A program made the position numbers and the translations under genes. This document shows positions 27,477 to 36,779 of a stretch of DNA of 64,000 bases, piece by piece; position 1 is the stretch's first letter, and the number at the start of each line of letters is the position of its first letter. The DNA comes from an uncultured Anaerolinea sp. (GTDB lineage: Bacteria > Chloroflexota > Anaerolineae > Promineifilales > Promineifilaceae), in NCBI GenBank assembly GCA_964504445.1, contig CAZDEO010000003.1, positions 21,690 through 85,689 of the forward strand, given 5' to 3'. Under the pieces are notes generated by a model. It was not told where the DNA came from. It saw nothing but the letters and a program-made list of their open reading frames with translations, and searched no databases.

Positions 27477-28844
27477 ATGTCCTTCATTTTTGTTGTTTTT
27501 GCCACAGTTGCGTTAATGATATTTGCGAATGGGCTTTATGTGGCAGCAGAATTCGCAACAGTGTCGGCTCGCAAAACGCGAATTAGCTATCTTGCTAGCC
27601 AGGGTAACCGCTTTGCGCAGGCTTTGATGCCTATTATTCAAGATAGCAAGATGCTCGATCGTTATGTGGCTGCTTGCCAGTTAGGCATCACGATTTCGTC
27701 ATTGGTTTTGGGCGCTTACGGGCAGAATGTGATTGCTTCGCGCTTGGTGCAGCCCCTTGGTCATCTGTTGGAGCGGATCGGTGTGGAAATGGCCGTGGCC
27801 CAACCCATTGCCGTTTCTATTTCTGTGACCGGCGTCCTCATATTCCTCACTTTCTTGCAGGTCATCATGGGCGAATTGTTCCCCAAGTCTGTGGCCGTGC
27901 AGTACCCTGAAACTGTCGCCCTCGGCGTTGTCATGCCTATCAAGTGGTCATTGGCCCTATTCCGACCTCTCATCTGGCTATTCAACGGTAGCGGCATGCT
28001 CCTTTTGCGCTTGCTGGGCCAGTCTATGGATAGCAGCCAGCAAGCCCACTCACCTGAAGAGATTGAACTTCTCGTTACAGAAAGTCATGAAGTTGGCCTG
28101 CTAGACGACCGTGAAAGGCAGATGCTGCGTAACGCTTTCCGCTTGCGCGACCTGACTGCGCGACAAATTATGCTCCACCGCACAAAATTGGTTGCAGCTT
28201 CCGTAAACAGTACAGTTTACGACATCATTTACAAAGCCATGGAGTCAGGACTTTCGCGTATTCCCCTCTACCGCGAGTCTATCGATGACATCATTGGGTT
28301 TGTACACGTTAAAGATTTATTCCGGTTGTATATTCATGAAGAAGAAGATATCCAAAAAGTCATCCGCCAGGTCATATACCTGCCGGAATCACTCCCAGCA
28401 GCAGATATTTGGGACAAGTTTAACCAGGGCCATCATTACCTGGCTATTGTTTTTGATGAATATGGGGGCACGTCGGGAATTATCACTTTTGAAGACCTGA
28501 TTGAAGAGATTTTTGGGGAGTTGCAAGACGAATTTGACGACGAAATGGCCTTAATTGCGAGAGATAAAGAAGGGCGTATTTATTTGCGCGGGGATTTGCT
28601 GGTTTCAGACGTAAATGAGTACCTGGAACTTGACTTGCCCACAGAAGCCGCTGACACTTTAAGCGGGCTGGTAATAAGCAAATTAGGTCGCCCACCGGAA
28701 GTGGGGGATACCGTCGCTGTTGGCGCTATGGCAATTCGAATTGAAGCAATGGAAGATTTAGGCGTATCAGAACTTTCCATCCAAATGCCCCCAACTGGGG
28801 ATTTACCATCCTACAGTGAATGGGAGTTAGCAGATCATGAATAA
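27477..28844 (+). CDS. CNNM/CorB-type transporter-like protein (DUF21 TM domain + CBS pair + CorC_HlyC)
   Basis: 455 aa with the N-terminal motif [20 protein letters not shown], a CBS pair region and a C-terminal CorC/HlyC-like domain ([19 protein letters not shown]). Confidence 0.85.
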   Translation: MSFIFVVFATVALMIFANGLYVAAEFATVSARKTRISYLASQGNRFAQALMPIIQDSKMLDRYVAACQLGITISSLVLGAYGQNVIASRLVQPLGHLLERIGVEMAVAQPIAVSISVTGVLIFLTFLQVIMGELFPKSVAVQYPETVALGVVMPIKWSLALFRPLIWLFNGSGMLLLRLLGQSMDSSQQAHSPEEIELLVTESHEVGLLDDRERQMLRNAFRLRDLTARQIMLHRTKLVAASVNSTVYDIIYKAMESGLSRIPLYRESIDDIIGFVHVKDLFRLYIHEEEDIQKVIRQVIYLPESLPAADIWDKFNQGHHYLAIVFDEYGGTSGIITFEDLIEEIFGELQDEFDDEMALIARDKEGRIYLRGDLLVSDVNEYLELDLPTEAADTLSGLVISKLGRPPEVGDTVAVGAMAIRIEAMEDLGVSELSIQMPPTGDLPSYSEWELADHE

Positions 28845-30306
28845 ACTCCTTTTCCTGTCGTTGGGAATTCCTGGAATAAGCCTGGCGGTTTTAGTGGCTG
28901 CCGCAGAAAGTGAAATGCCTGGTATTGGTGAATTGGTGTTGCCAGCCCTTACCATTTTGGTCCTTGTATTGATAAATGGGTTTTTTGTAGCCGCTGAATT
29001 TGCCATTATTGGTGTGCGCGCCACACAGGTAGAGCAGTTGTCTGACGAGGGGAACTCTCGGGCTAGCAAAGTTTTTTCAATACTTGACTCGCGAAATAAA
29101 CAGGATCAGTACATTGCCACTGCCCAGGTGGGCATTACCATTGCTTCATTAGGCCTGGCTATGTATGGAGAGCCAGCGATTGGCCATTTTATTGAACCTT
29201 ACCTGGCACGGATTTTGGGAGTTGAGCCTGAGGCTGCGGTGGTTTTGTCTACAAGCTATTTGTTGGCATTAGGGTTGCTCACTTATTTGCATATTGTAGT
29301 AGGTGAAATGGTTCCTAAATCATTGGCCCTTATGAATTCTGTGCGCATGGTATTGTTTATTAATCAACCCATGGCGTTCATACAGGCGATTTTTCGCTGG
29401 CCTGTGCACATTCTTAATGGGATTGGGAATTTACTTTTGCGCCTGTTTAAGATTCCTCCGGCGCAAGGTCATGCACGGGTGCTTTCTCCTGAAGAGTTAG
29501 AGTTGATTGTTTCGGAAAGTACAGAGGGTGGGCTGTTAAAAGAGGGGGAGGAAGAGCTTATTCGGAACATTTTTGATTTTGGCGATCGCGTGGCGGCACA
29601 GGTGATGACGCCGCGCACGCGTGTTCAGGCAATTCCTATTGATATTAGCCGGGAAGATTTGCTGAAGCTGGTCACGGAGAGTCGGCATAGTCGTTTTCCG
29701 GTTTACAAAGACGATCGTGACCATATAGTGGGAATTTTGCATATCAAAGATTTGATGCGCCAAACTTTGCGGCCAACTGGCGTTTTTGATATTCGGTTAA
29801 TTTTGCGCTCGGCGCCTGCTGTGCCGGAGGATCAGCCGGTTGAAGCCCTGCTTGCGGCTTTCAAACGCCAGAAACTGCATATGGCAGTTGTGTTGGATGA
29901 ATTTGGGGGCATGGCGGGCATTGTGACTTTGGAAGACCTGGTTGAGGAAGTGGTGGGTGAGGTCCGCGATGAGTTTGACCAGGAGGTTGAGCCTTATGTG
30001 GAGGTTGAACCTGGCATCATTGAGGTAAGTGGTGAGTATTTGGTAGACGATCTGGTGGATGATGTGTATTTAGGAGATGAGGATTTGCTACCCGATGTGG
30101 ATACTGTGGCAGGACTCGTCGTGACGAAATTGGGGCGCCCACCGCGTGTTGGCGATGAGGCTGTTTATAATGACCATGTGCATTTTACTGTATTGGCTGT
30201 GGCGAAACGAGCGGCGACGCGTATTCGGGTAGAGTATCCTGTTCCTGGTAATGAATCTTCCCCATCTAGAGATGAAGGGGAAGATTCATTACCGACTACT
30301 TCTTAA
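28837..30306 (+). CDS. CNNM/CorB-type transporter-like protein, tandem paralog
   Basis: 489 aa with the same architecture (INGFFVAAEFAIIGVRATQVE..., VTLEDLVEEVVGEVRDEFD). It overlaps the upstream paralog by 8 nt. Confidence 0.85.
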   Translation: MNKLLFLSLGIPGISLAVLVAAAESEMPGIGELVLPALTILVLVLINGFFVAAEFAIIGVRATQVEQLSDEGNSRASKVFSILDSRNKQDQYIATAQVGITIASLGLAMYGEPAIGHFIEPYLARILGVEPEAAVVLSTSYLLALGLLTYLHIVVGEMVPKSLALMNSVRMVLFINQPMAFIQAIFRWPVHILNGIGNLLLRLFKIPPAQGHARVLSPEELELIVSESTEGGLLKEGEEELIRNIFDFGDRVAAQVMTPRTRVQAIPIDISREDLLKLVTESRHSRFPVYKDDRDHIVGILHIKDLMRQTLRPTGVFDIRLILRSAPAVPEDQPVEALLAAFKRQKLHMAVVLDEFGGMAGIVTLEDLVEEVVGEVRDEFDQEVEPYVEVEPGIIEVSGEYLVDDLVDDVYLGDEDLLPDVDTVAGLVVTKLGRPPRVGDEAVYNDHVHFTVLAVAKRAATRIRVEYPVPGNESSPSRDEGEDSLPTTS

Positions 30307-31811
30307 AGGGCGTATAGTGTGCTGAATTTGTGGGTGAGGTAGCGCATGAAGGCGGTGTAGCCGAGTGGTTGCTCTGTCACGCGCTGTATTAATTCGCCGG
30401 GGGTGAACTTTCGGCCGTGCTGATGAATATTTTCGCGTAACCAGTTTAACAAAGATTGGGTTTGACCCTGACTCATGTCTGTGGCAATGGTGGGGTTTTG
30501 GGTAACGGCCGTTTCATAAAACTGTGCCGCATACAAATTCCCCAAGGCGTAAGTTGGGAAATAGCCAAATCCTGGTCGCGTCCAATGTACGTCCTGCAGG
30601 CAGCCTTGTGTGTCGGTGGGGGGGACAATTCCTAAAAGCTCGTCCATCTTGGCATTCCAGGCTGCTGGTAACTCTTTTGCGGGCAGCTTCCCGTTGAGCA
30701 TGGCCTGCTCTAATTCAAACCGCAAAATAATGTGAAAATTGTAGGTAAGCTCATCTGCTTCCACACGAATGTAGGAGGGCTGGACTTTGTTCACGGCGCG
30801 GTAAAAATCTTCGGCTGTGTAGCCACCAAGCTGCGCTGGAAACATTTCCTGTAGTTTAGGAAAATGGGCTTGCCAAAAACCCCGACTCCGCCCTACAATG
30901 TTCTCAATCATTCGGGATTGGGATTCGTGTATTCCTAGAGACGTTCCTCGCGCCAGGGGGGTGCGGTAAAGATCAGGATGGGTACCTTGTTCATACATGG
31001 CGTGACCTGACTCGTGCAGGCCGCCAAACAGGGCAGGATTTAAAAAGTTTGGGTACCAGCGTGTGGTGATGCGCACATCATCCCGGGCAAAGTTGGTGGC
31101 AAAGGGATGCACTACCGTGCCTAAATGCCCCCGTTCGTAATCGTAGCCAACGGCCGTTGTAATGTAACGCACAAAGTCTTGTTGTTTTTCTATAGCAAAG
31201 GGTTGGTGTACAAGACTGTCGTCCAAGGCATCCGCTTGAGCTTTAACTTTCTCTAGCAAGGGTAGTAATTCTGTCTCAAGCCCGGCAAAAATAGCGCGTA
31301 CTGCGGCCGTACTCATGCCTGTTTCATACTTATCCAACAGGGCATCATAAGGCTCATCTTCGTAGCCGTACAACTCGGCTTGCTCCTGACATAGAGCAAT
31401 GACTTCTTCAAGCCAGGGCCGGAAGATCTCAAAATTGTTCTCAGCGCGAGCTTTTACCCAAGCCTGCCGGGCCTGACCGCTCACCTCAGAGGCACGTTTG
31501 ACGTAATCGGTTGTTAATTTGCGCTCATCGGCGTATTGTCGCTGCAAATAGCGAATAAGACTGGCCTCATTGCTGTCATAAGGCAGATCTGCTGTTTCGC
31601 TAGCCGCTTTTTCAATCAGATTGCCCATTTCATCTGCTACAAAGAGCTTGTGGGCCAGTTGCCGTAGGGTGGTCATCTGGTCAATCCGCGCCCGTGCACC
31701 TTTTGGGGGCATGTTGGTCTCGCGATCCCAGCTAAGAACCGCCATTGCTTTTTGCAAGTCATGGACTTGGTTCACTTCTTTGAGTAAAGTTTGGTAATGG
31801 GTTGTTGTCAT
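30303..31811 (-). CDS. Carboxypeptidase, M32 (Taq-type) family
   Basis: 502 aa. HPF and HESGHAMYEQG (HExxH) motifs at the family-typical spacing, plus the C-terminal GNLYAAQF motif. Confidence 0.85.
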   Translation of the reverse strand: MTTTHYQTLLKEVNQVHDLQKAMAVLSWDRETNMPPKGARARIDQMTTLRQLAHKLFVADEMGNLIEKAASETADLPYDSNEASLIRYLQRQYADERKLTTDYVKRASEVSGQARQAWVKARAENNFEIFRPWLEEVIALCQEQAELYGYEDEPYDALLDKYETGMSTAAVRAIFAGLETELLPLLEKVKAQADALDDSLVHQPFAIEKQQDFVRYITTAVGYDYERGHLGTVVHPFATNFARDDVRITTRWYPNFLNPALFGGLHESGHAMYEQGTHPDLYRTPLARGTSLGIHESQSRMIENIVGRSRGFWQAHFPKLQEMFPAQLGGYTAEDFYRAVNKVQPSYIRVEADELTYNFHIILRFELEQAMLNGKLPAKELPAAWNAKMDELLGIVPPTDTQGCLQDVHWTRPGFGYFPTYALGNLYAAQFYETAVTQNPTIATDMSQGQTQSLLNWLRENIHQHGRKFTPGELIQRVTEQPLGYTAFMRYLTHKFSTLYAL

Positions 31812-31914
31812 GGTTGCTCCAATATTTCTTTATTCTTGCAGGCGTCAAGCGTTAGACGTATATCTAATTTCTAAAATGGATTTTACCTGAGATATGCTAT
31901 TTGTCCATAACTTG

Positions 31915-33015
31915 CTAGGCAGGGAGGGGGATAACAGGCTCTTTGGGCGACTGACTTAGGGATTGCAAACCCTTTTCTGTGAAAACTGCCAGGTCTTCAA
32001 TGCGTACGCCACCCCAACCGGAAAGGTAGATGCCAGGTTCGATGGTGATGGTCATGTGGGGCTGAAGCACGGTTTCTTGCCCACGGGGGGAAAGGAAGGG
32101 TTCTTCGTGGATGTCTAGCCCAACACCATGTCCCAACCCATGTCCAAAAGCCTCTTCGTATCCCGCTGCGGCAATGGGTTCACGGGCTAAAGCATCTACT
32201 TGGGCCGCGTTCATGTTGGGGTGCGCTTGTTGGAAAACGGCCGTTTGTGCGCCTAAAACTGTCTCATACACCTGCCAAAACTGTGTTGGCGGTTCATCTC
32301 CTAAGAAAAAGGAACGGGTCAGGTCACTTTTGTAACCATTTAGCTGTGCGCCCATATCCACGATGAGCACGTCTCCTGCTTGAAGCGGGCGGTCACCGGG
32401 TTGATGATGTGGCAGCGCACTGTTTGGCCCAGAGGCCACAATAATGGGAAAGGCTGTAGCATCCGCGCCAGCGTTGCGCATAACCATTTCCAGCGCCCAG
32501 GCCAACTCCTTTTCCCGCATGCCGGCATGCACCAAATTGCGCACTTGGGCCATGGTGTAGTCGGTTAGAACTGCGGCAGCTTGCATGGCTTCAATTTCCC
32601 AAGGTTGTTTGCTGGCGCGTAGATTTTCGACCGTTTGGGCCAATTTAATCCAGGTAACATCTGCCAGGTTTTCATGGTTGCGCAGTTCCTCTGCTGCCTG
32701 AACGGTAAGATGGCGTGCCTCAATTCCGATGTTGCGGGCTGAGACATGACGGAATAACTCACCGGTTTTTCCTGCCGTACGGTCATGCTTAAAAAGGGTG
32801 TAATCTGGGGCTTGTTGGCGTGCTTGTTCCCAATAGCGAAAGTCTGTGGCCAGGAGGGCCTGCTGCTGCGAAATGAGCAACTGCCCATTTGAGCCAGTAA
32901 ATCCGCTGAGCCAGGCCCGGTTGGTTTCCGATGTGATATAGACAGCATCGACCTGCCACGCCGATAGCTGCTGACGAACTGTGTATAATCGTTTTTGGTA
33001 AACACTATTGCGCAT
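31915..33015 (-). CDS. Xaa-Pro aminopeptidase/dipeptidase, M24B family
   Basis: 366 aa. A creatinase-like N-domain is followed by a pita-bread catalytic domain (DMGAQLNGYKSDLTR, HGLGHGVGLDIHEEP, TIEPGIY). Confidence 0.85.
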   Translation of the reverse strand: MRNSVYQKRLYTVRQQLSAWQVDAVYITSETNRAWLSGFTGSNGQLLISQQQALLATDFRYWEQARQQAPDYTLFKHDRTAGKTGELFRHVSARNIGIEARHLTVQAAEELRNHENLADVTWIKLAQTVENLRASKQPWEIEAMQAAAVLTDYTMAQVRNLVHAGMREKELAWALEMVMRNAGADATAFPIIVASGPNSALPHHQPGDRPLQAGDVLIVDMGAQLNGYKSDLTRSFFLGDEPPTQFWQVYETVLGAQTAVFQQAHPNMNAAQVDALAREPIAAAGYEEAFGHGLGHGVGLDIHEEPFLSPRGQETVLQPHMTITIEPGIYLSGWGGVRIEDLAVFTEKGLQSLSQSPKEPVIPLPA

Positions 33016-33044
33016 AGCGAATATAAAACTCCTAATTACCAGAC

Positions 33045-34778
33045 CTAATTACTAGCTATGACTTCTGTTGTAAAAATGGCGCGCAAGATGGCGATCATGG
33101 AGGCGTACGTAGGGTCCATGCCAAAGTAAGACAGGTTTTGGGTGCCGAGATTTGTACTTTTGCTAAAGGGGGTGTCAGATGCATAGTGCAAAATGCCCAC
33201 GGGGAAGGGGGCATGATGCAAATCAACCAGTTCGTTGTATGGATGGCGTTTGGGCCGGATCATTTCGTAGATGCCACTCAGGTAGGGTCCAGCTTCCATT
33301 TCCATGTCTGTATATCCTTCCTGGTAGAAAACAGACATATATTCGTCGTTTTGCAAAAATGTACCGGGTACGGTAATCGCTTTTTGGTTATCCATAACTG
33401 TGCCGTAGACCAGGTGCGGGGCGACATCGTCAGCTTTGAAGCAGTTGTCGAAGAGGTAGGTGTTTAGAGAATGTTCGTCATGGACTACATTGGGAATCAT
33501 CACGTCACCAATACGGCCGTTGAGCGTAGCCGCCTTACCCATGATATAAATACCGCGCACCGTGTCGATATTGCGCGCAACTTCAGTAAGCACCTGGTAA
33601 GCCGCCAAGCCTAACGGATAATCAATATTGAGAATGAGTGCATGACTGTGGGCTAATTTTTCCATATCTGGCACCCACAATCGTTGGTCCATGCTCGTCA
33701 GATCCAGTTGATTAAGAGAAACGACTTGCATTTCAATATCAAAAGCATGTTCGCTGGGCACGCGCACAATACCGGCCTGTTTTTCGTGGACCATACGATC
33801 CTGGCGCCCTTCTGGGTATACGGCCTCATATTTCTTCAGCACGTAATATAAGAAATTCTCCAGGCTGCTAGGCACATTTTGGGCAAGGATATCATGGTAC
33901 TCTTTCCGCAGTTGGTCAGAACCACGGGCGTGAATAAAATTGTTCAGATCTTCCCGGTGTTGCAAAGCATACCCGCTAAGCAAATTGGGTAATGTATGGG
34001 TGTTACTGGATACAAAATAAATCGGTCGTTCGTCGAAAGCAATATCTGGCAAAGCGCGCTCTGTATTACGCCACCAACGGCGGGTAGCACGTTTATAGTC
34101 TGCCAAAGAACCAGCCAATGAACGAATGGCTAACTCATGCTTGTGCAAAGCAATCGTTAATAGGCGCTCAACCATTTGTGTTTGCCAAATTTCACCCAGC
34201 CTTTTTAAGTCTTTGCTGCTTACATTGACTTTTTTGGCAAGCCATTTCAATTCTGGCTTTTTCAACTTTCCCTGCCCCTCGGCTTTAAGTTGCTGCAATT
34301 TCTCAATGATTGGCGGTTTGTTGAGTCGGGTGTGCAGCTTGCGGCGTTCAATCTGGTAAGCGGTGAGGATGGGCAGCAGGTCGTCAATATCAGATCGACT
34401 GGCTATGTAGACAGCTAGCGTGTCTTGACCATTAAAGAAACTGCGCCGCCGCCGCCCCGGAGCACTAACCTGTTGCCACGATTCAACCTCTGCATAGCCA
34501 TGTTGTGCAAATACGCGTTCTGACTGCCCCATAATGACCAAACGGGTACGATCTATGCAGGTGGGCACGCGCAGGCTGGCATAGATGAAAGCGGCAACGT
34601 CTATTTGCTGACTGTTGGCGTTGACATGTAGTGCCGAATTGATACGTTTGTGCGCTTCTATCAGGGTTTTGATCTGTACTTCGCGGGTGCTGCGCAGCAA
34701 GGAGTAGTATGTGCGCAGGTAAAGATTGATTTCCTCGTTCCCAGAGGTGGGCACAGTTCTGATCATTGTTTTATTCAT
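33045..34778 (-). CDS. Uncharacterised 577-aa protein with nucleoside-phosphorylase-like C-terminal region, translationally coupled to selD
   Basis: The track ORF (to 35069) overlaps selD out of frame. The ATG at 34778-34776 (MNKTMIRTV...) overlaps the selD stop (AATGAATAA). The C-terminal part GIYIMGKAATLNGRIGDVMIP...GYTDMEMEAGPYL resembles the PNP/UDP phosphorylase fold. This is my reading and was not searched. Confidence 0.55.
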   Translation of the reverse strand: MNKTMIRTVPTSGNEEINLYLRTYYSLLRSTREVQIKTLIEAHKRINSALHVNANSQQIDVAAFIYASLRVPTCIDRTRLVIMGQSERVFAQHGYAEVESWQQVSAPGRRRRSFFNGQDTLAVYIASRSDIDDLLPILTAYQIERRKLHTRLNKPPIIEKLQQLKAEGQGKLKKPELKWLAKKVNVSSKDLKRLGEIWQTQMVERLLTIALHKHELAIRSLAGSLADYKRATRRWWRNTERALPDIAFDERPIYFVSSNTHTLPNLLSGYALQHREDLNNFIHARGSDQLRKEYHDILAQNVPSSLENFLYYVLKKYEAVYPEGRQDRMVHEKQAGIVRVPSEHAFDIEMQVVSLNQLDLTSMDQRLWVPDMEKLAHSHALILNIDYPLGLAAYQVLTEVARNIDTVRGIYIMGKAATLNGRIGDVMIPNVVHDEHSLNTYLFDNCFKADDVAPHLVYGTVMDNQKAITVPGTFLQNDEYMSVFYQEGYTDMEMEAGPYLSGIYEMIRPKRHPYNELVDLHHAPFPVGILHYASDTPFSKSTNLGTQNLSYFGMDPTYASMIAILRAIFTTEVIASN

Positions 34779-35823
34779 TAACCCATATGTGGCCTTTGCC
34801 GGGAAGGATATCTCCAATGACAACGGCCGTATCACATTTTTCCTGGAAAGCGGCCACGTATTGTGGGGGCACCGCCACCAACAACCCGCCGGAGGTTTCT
34901 GGGGTGAAGAGTGCGTCTCGCAGTAACTCCGGAATAGCATGCGCAAAAGTGACGTGGTCGGCAAAAAACTGCATATTGTTACCCGTGCCGCCGGGGAACG
35001 CCCCTTGTTGGCCATAGTCAAACACGCCAGGAAGCCAGGGCAATTTGCTAGCGAAGAAGCGCAGGTCAACGCCGCCTTGCGCAGCCATTTCGTAGGCGTG
35101 GCCTAACAGCCCAAAGCCAGTAATGTCGGTCATGCCGGTAGCCTGGGCCTGTTTCGCCGCTTGGGCAGCCTGACGGTTGAGAGCTTTCATGCTGGCAACG
35201 GCCGTTGCCACATCTTCCTCGCGCGCAATCTGGCGCTTAAGGGCTGTGGTCACAACTCCCACACCCAAGGGCTTCGTCAGCAACAGTACGTCACCCGGTC
35301 GGGCATTGCCCTTTATCTTCACCTCAGCCGGAGCGATGATGCCGGTAACAGCCAGACCGTACTTTGGCTCTTTGTCGTTGACGCTATGTCCACCCACCAC
35401 CACAGCGCCAGCTTCCTGCACCTTCTCTGCGCCACCTCGCAGCACTTCTTGTAAAATTCCGGCCTCTTCTCGCACCAAATCATCAGGAAAAGCCACCAGA
35501 TTGATGGCAAAAAGCACCTCGCCCCCCATGGCATAAATATCAGACATTGCGTTGGCAGCAGCAATGGCCCCAAAATCATACGGGTCATCAACTATAGGCG
35601 GAAAAAAGTCTGTAGTGGTAACGATAGCTTGTTGGTCGTTCAGCTGATAAACAGCCGCGTCGTCAGCTGCCTCCAGACCCACTAGCAAATTGGGATAATC
35701 TGCCGGGTTAAACAGGCTACGCAGTGGTTGGAGCAATCGGGCTAAGTCCGCCGGACTTAGTTTGGACGCTCAACCAGCACATGAGGCCAACGATGTCAAG
35801 CGTATCTGTTTGCCTGTGGTCAT
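34771..35823 (-). CDS. selD: Selenide, water dikinase (selenophosphate synthetase) with in-frame UGA selenocysteine codon
   Basis: The track ORF begins at 35736. Upstream, in the same frame, ATG 35823-35821 (AAGGAG 7 nt upstream) gives MTTGKQIRLTSLASCAG-U-ASKLSPADLARLLQPL..., with TGA at 35772-35770. This matches the SelD N-terminal G-[C/U]-x-x-K motif. The rest is AIR-synthase-like (DDAAVY..., DIYAMGG). Confidence 0.85.
35742..35760 (-). promoter_or_regulatory. SECIS-like hairpin 9 nt downstream of the selD UGA
   Basis: On the mRNA: UGA GCGUCCAAA CUAAGUCC-GGC-GGACUUAG. The stem is 8 bp with a G-rich apical loop about 20 nt after the UGA. Confidence 0.65.
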
Positions 35824-35935
35824 GCCAACTCCTTGATGGTGAATTAGGAACCTTGCCTCAAACCGCATGCGGTTCCTTCGTTGTGTGAGAAGTATACAGG
35901 ATGCCTACGGGGTTGCAATGAAGCCTTAACGTAAA

Positions 35936-35964
35936 TTGACGCCTTTCTGCGGCAAAACTATAAT
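35936..35964 (+). promoter_or_regulatory. Candidate sigma-70-type promoter (TTGACG-17 nt-TATAAT) giving a leaderless or near-leaderless fhaA-like mRNA
   Basis: TTGACG is at 35936-35941 and TATAAT at 35959-35964. The ATG of the next gene is at 35973, only 8 nt after the -10 box, and there is no SD. Confidence 0.55.
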
Positions 35965-35972
35965 CCGTTGCC

Positions 35973-36779
35973 ATGGGAGAATTTTCTGGCGTAAAACGGC
36001 ACCTGACACGGTTTGAAGAGTTGGCCCAGCGGTTGGTGGAAGGTTCTTTTAGCCGCCTTTTTGGCGGGCAATTGCAGGCTATGGATCTGGCGACGCACCT
36101 GGCGCGAAGTATGGAAGATAATCAACTGAATGGACTAGCCCCTGATGTGTACGTCATTCATTTGCATCCAAAAGCATATGCTGCCATTTCCGGTGCGAAC
36201 CTCCAGTTAGCGGATGATCTGATTGCCTACATTGAGCAATTAGCGCACCAAAGCCATCTTGCTTTGGTAAGCACACCCGAAGTGCGCTTTACAACAGATC
36301 CTAATTTGCCGCGTTTTGCTATTTCCGTGCAATCTGAGCATGGACAAATAAAGGCGCAAACGACCCAGGTTCACCAACGACCAACGGCCGTAGACGACGT
36401 AGCCATGGCTGTTCAGGCGTTGGATGCCTTTCTTATTTTGGACGGCAAGCGCCATGTGGGGTTGGAGAAGCCAATTGTTACGCTTGGGCGGCGGGTGGAA
36501 AATGACATTGTGTTAGAGTCGACAACAGTTAGCCGCCGCCATGCACAGCTCCGCTGGCGTTACGGCCGTTTTATTCTGTATGACCTGAGTGGACGGGGCC
36601 GAACGGCCGTTAATGGCGAAGCCGTTACCGAATGCGTGTTGCAACCAGGAGACGTTATTAACCTGGGAGGTACCCTCATCATCTACGGCGAAGGGCGCGA
36701 AAAACCAATTAGCACCCTGCCTTCGGCTGATGATGGCGACACCCAATTGCGCTTTTCACCACCAGCAGAGGAATCGTGA
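35973..36779 (+). CDS. FhaA-like protein (DUF3662-type N-terminal domain + FHA domain)
   Basis: 268 aa. The N-terminal FEELAQRLVEGSFSRLFGG and the C-terminal FHA segment (VTLGRRVENDIVLESTTVSRRHAQL...GRTAVNGE) are both present. Confidence 0.8.
   Translation: MGEFSGVKRHLTRFEELAQRLVEGSFSRLFGGQLQAMDLATHLARSMEDNQLNGLAPDVYVIHLHPKAYAAISGANLQLADDLIAYIEQLAHQSHLALVSTPEVRFTTDPNLPRFAISVQSEHGQIKAQTTQVHQRPTAVDDVAMAVQALDAFLILDGKRHVGLEKPIVTLGRRVENDIVLESTTVSRRHAQLRWRYGRFILYDLSGRGRTAVNGEAVTECVLQPGDVINLGGTLIIYGEGREKPISTLPSADDGDTQLRFSPPAEES

Noticed and set aside
29582-29589. The cyanobacterial HIP1 word GCGATCGC, as a hint of cyanobacterial origin.
   Set aside because: I noticed only a single copy in the window, so it is not enriched. 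The iterated palindrome here is a different word.
34779-35069. N-terminal 97 codons of the track ORF 33045-35069.
   Set aside because: This part overlaps the selD coding region out of frame. An internal ATG at 34778 overlaps the selD stop in a typical coupling arrangement, so the extension is most likely an artefact of longest-ORF calling.
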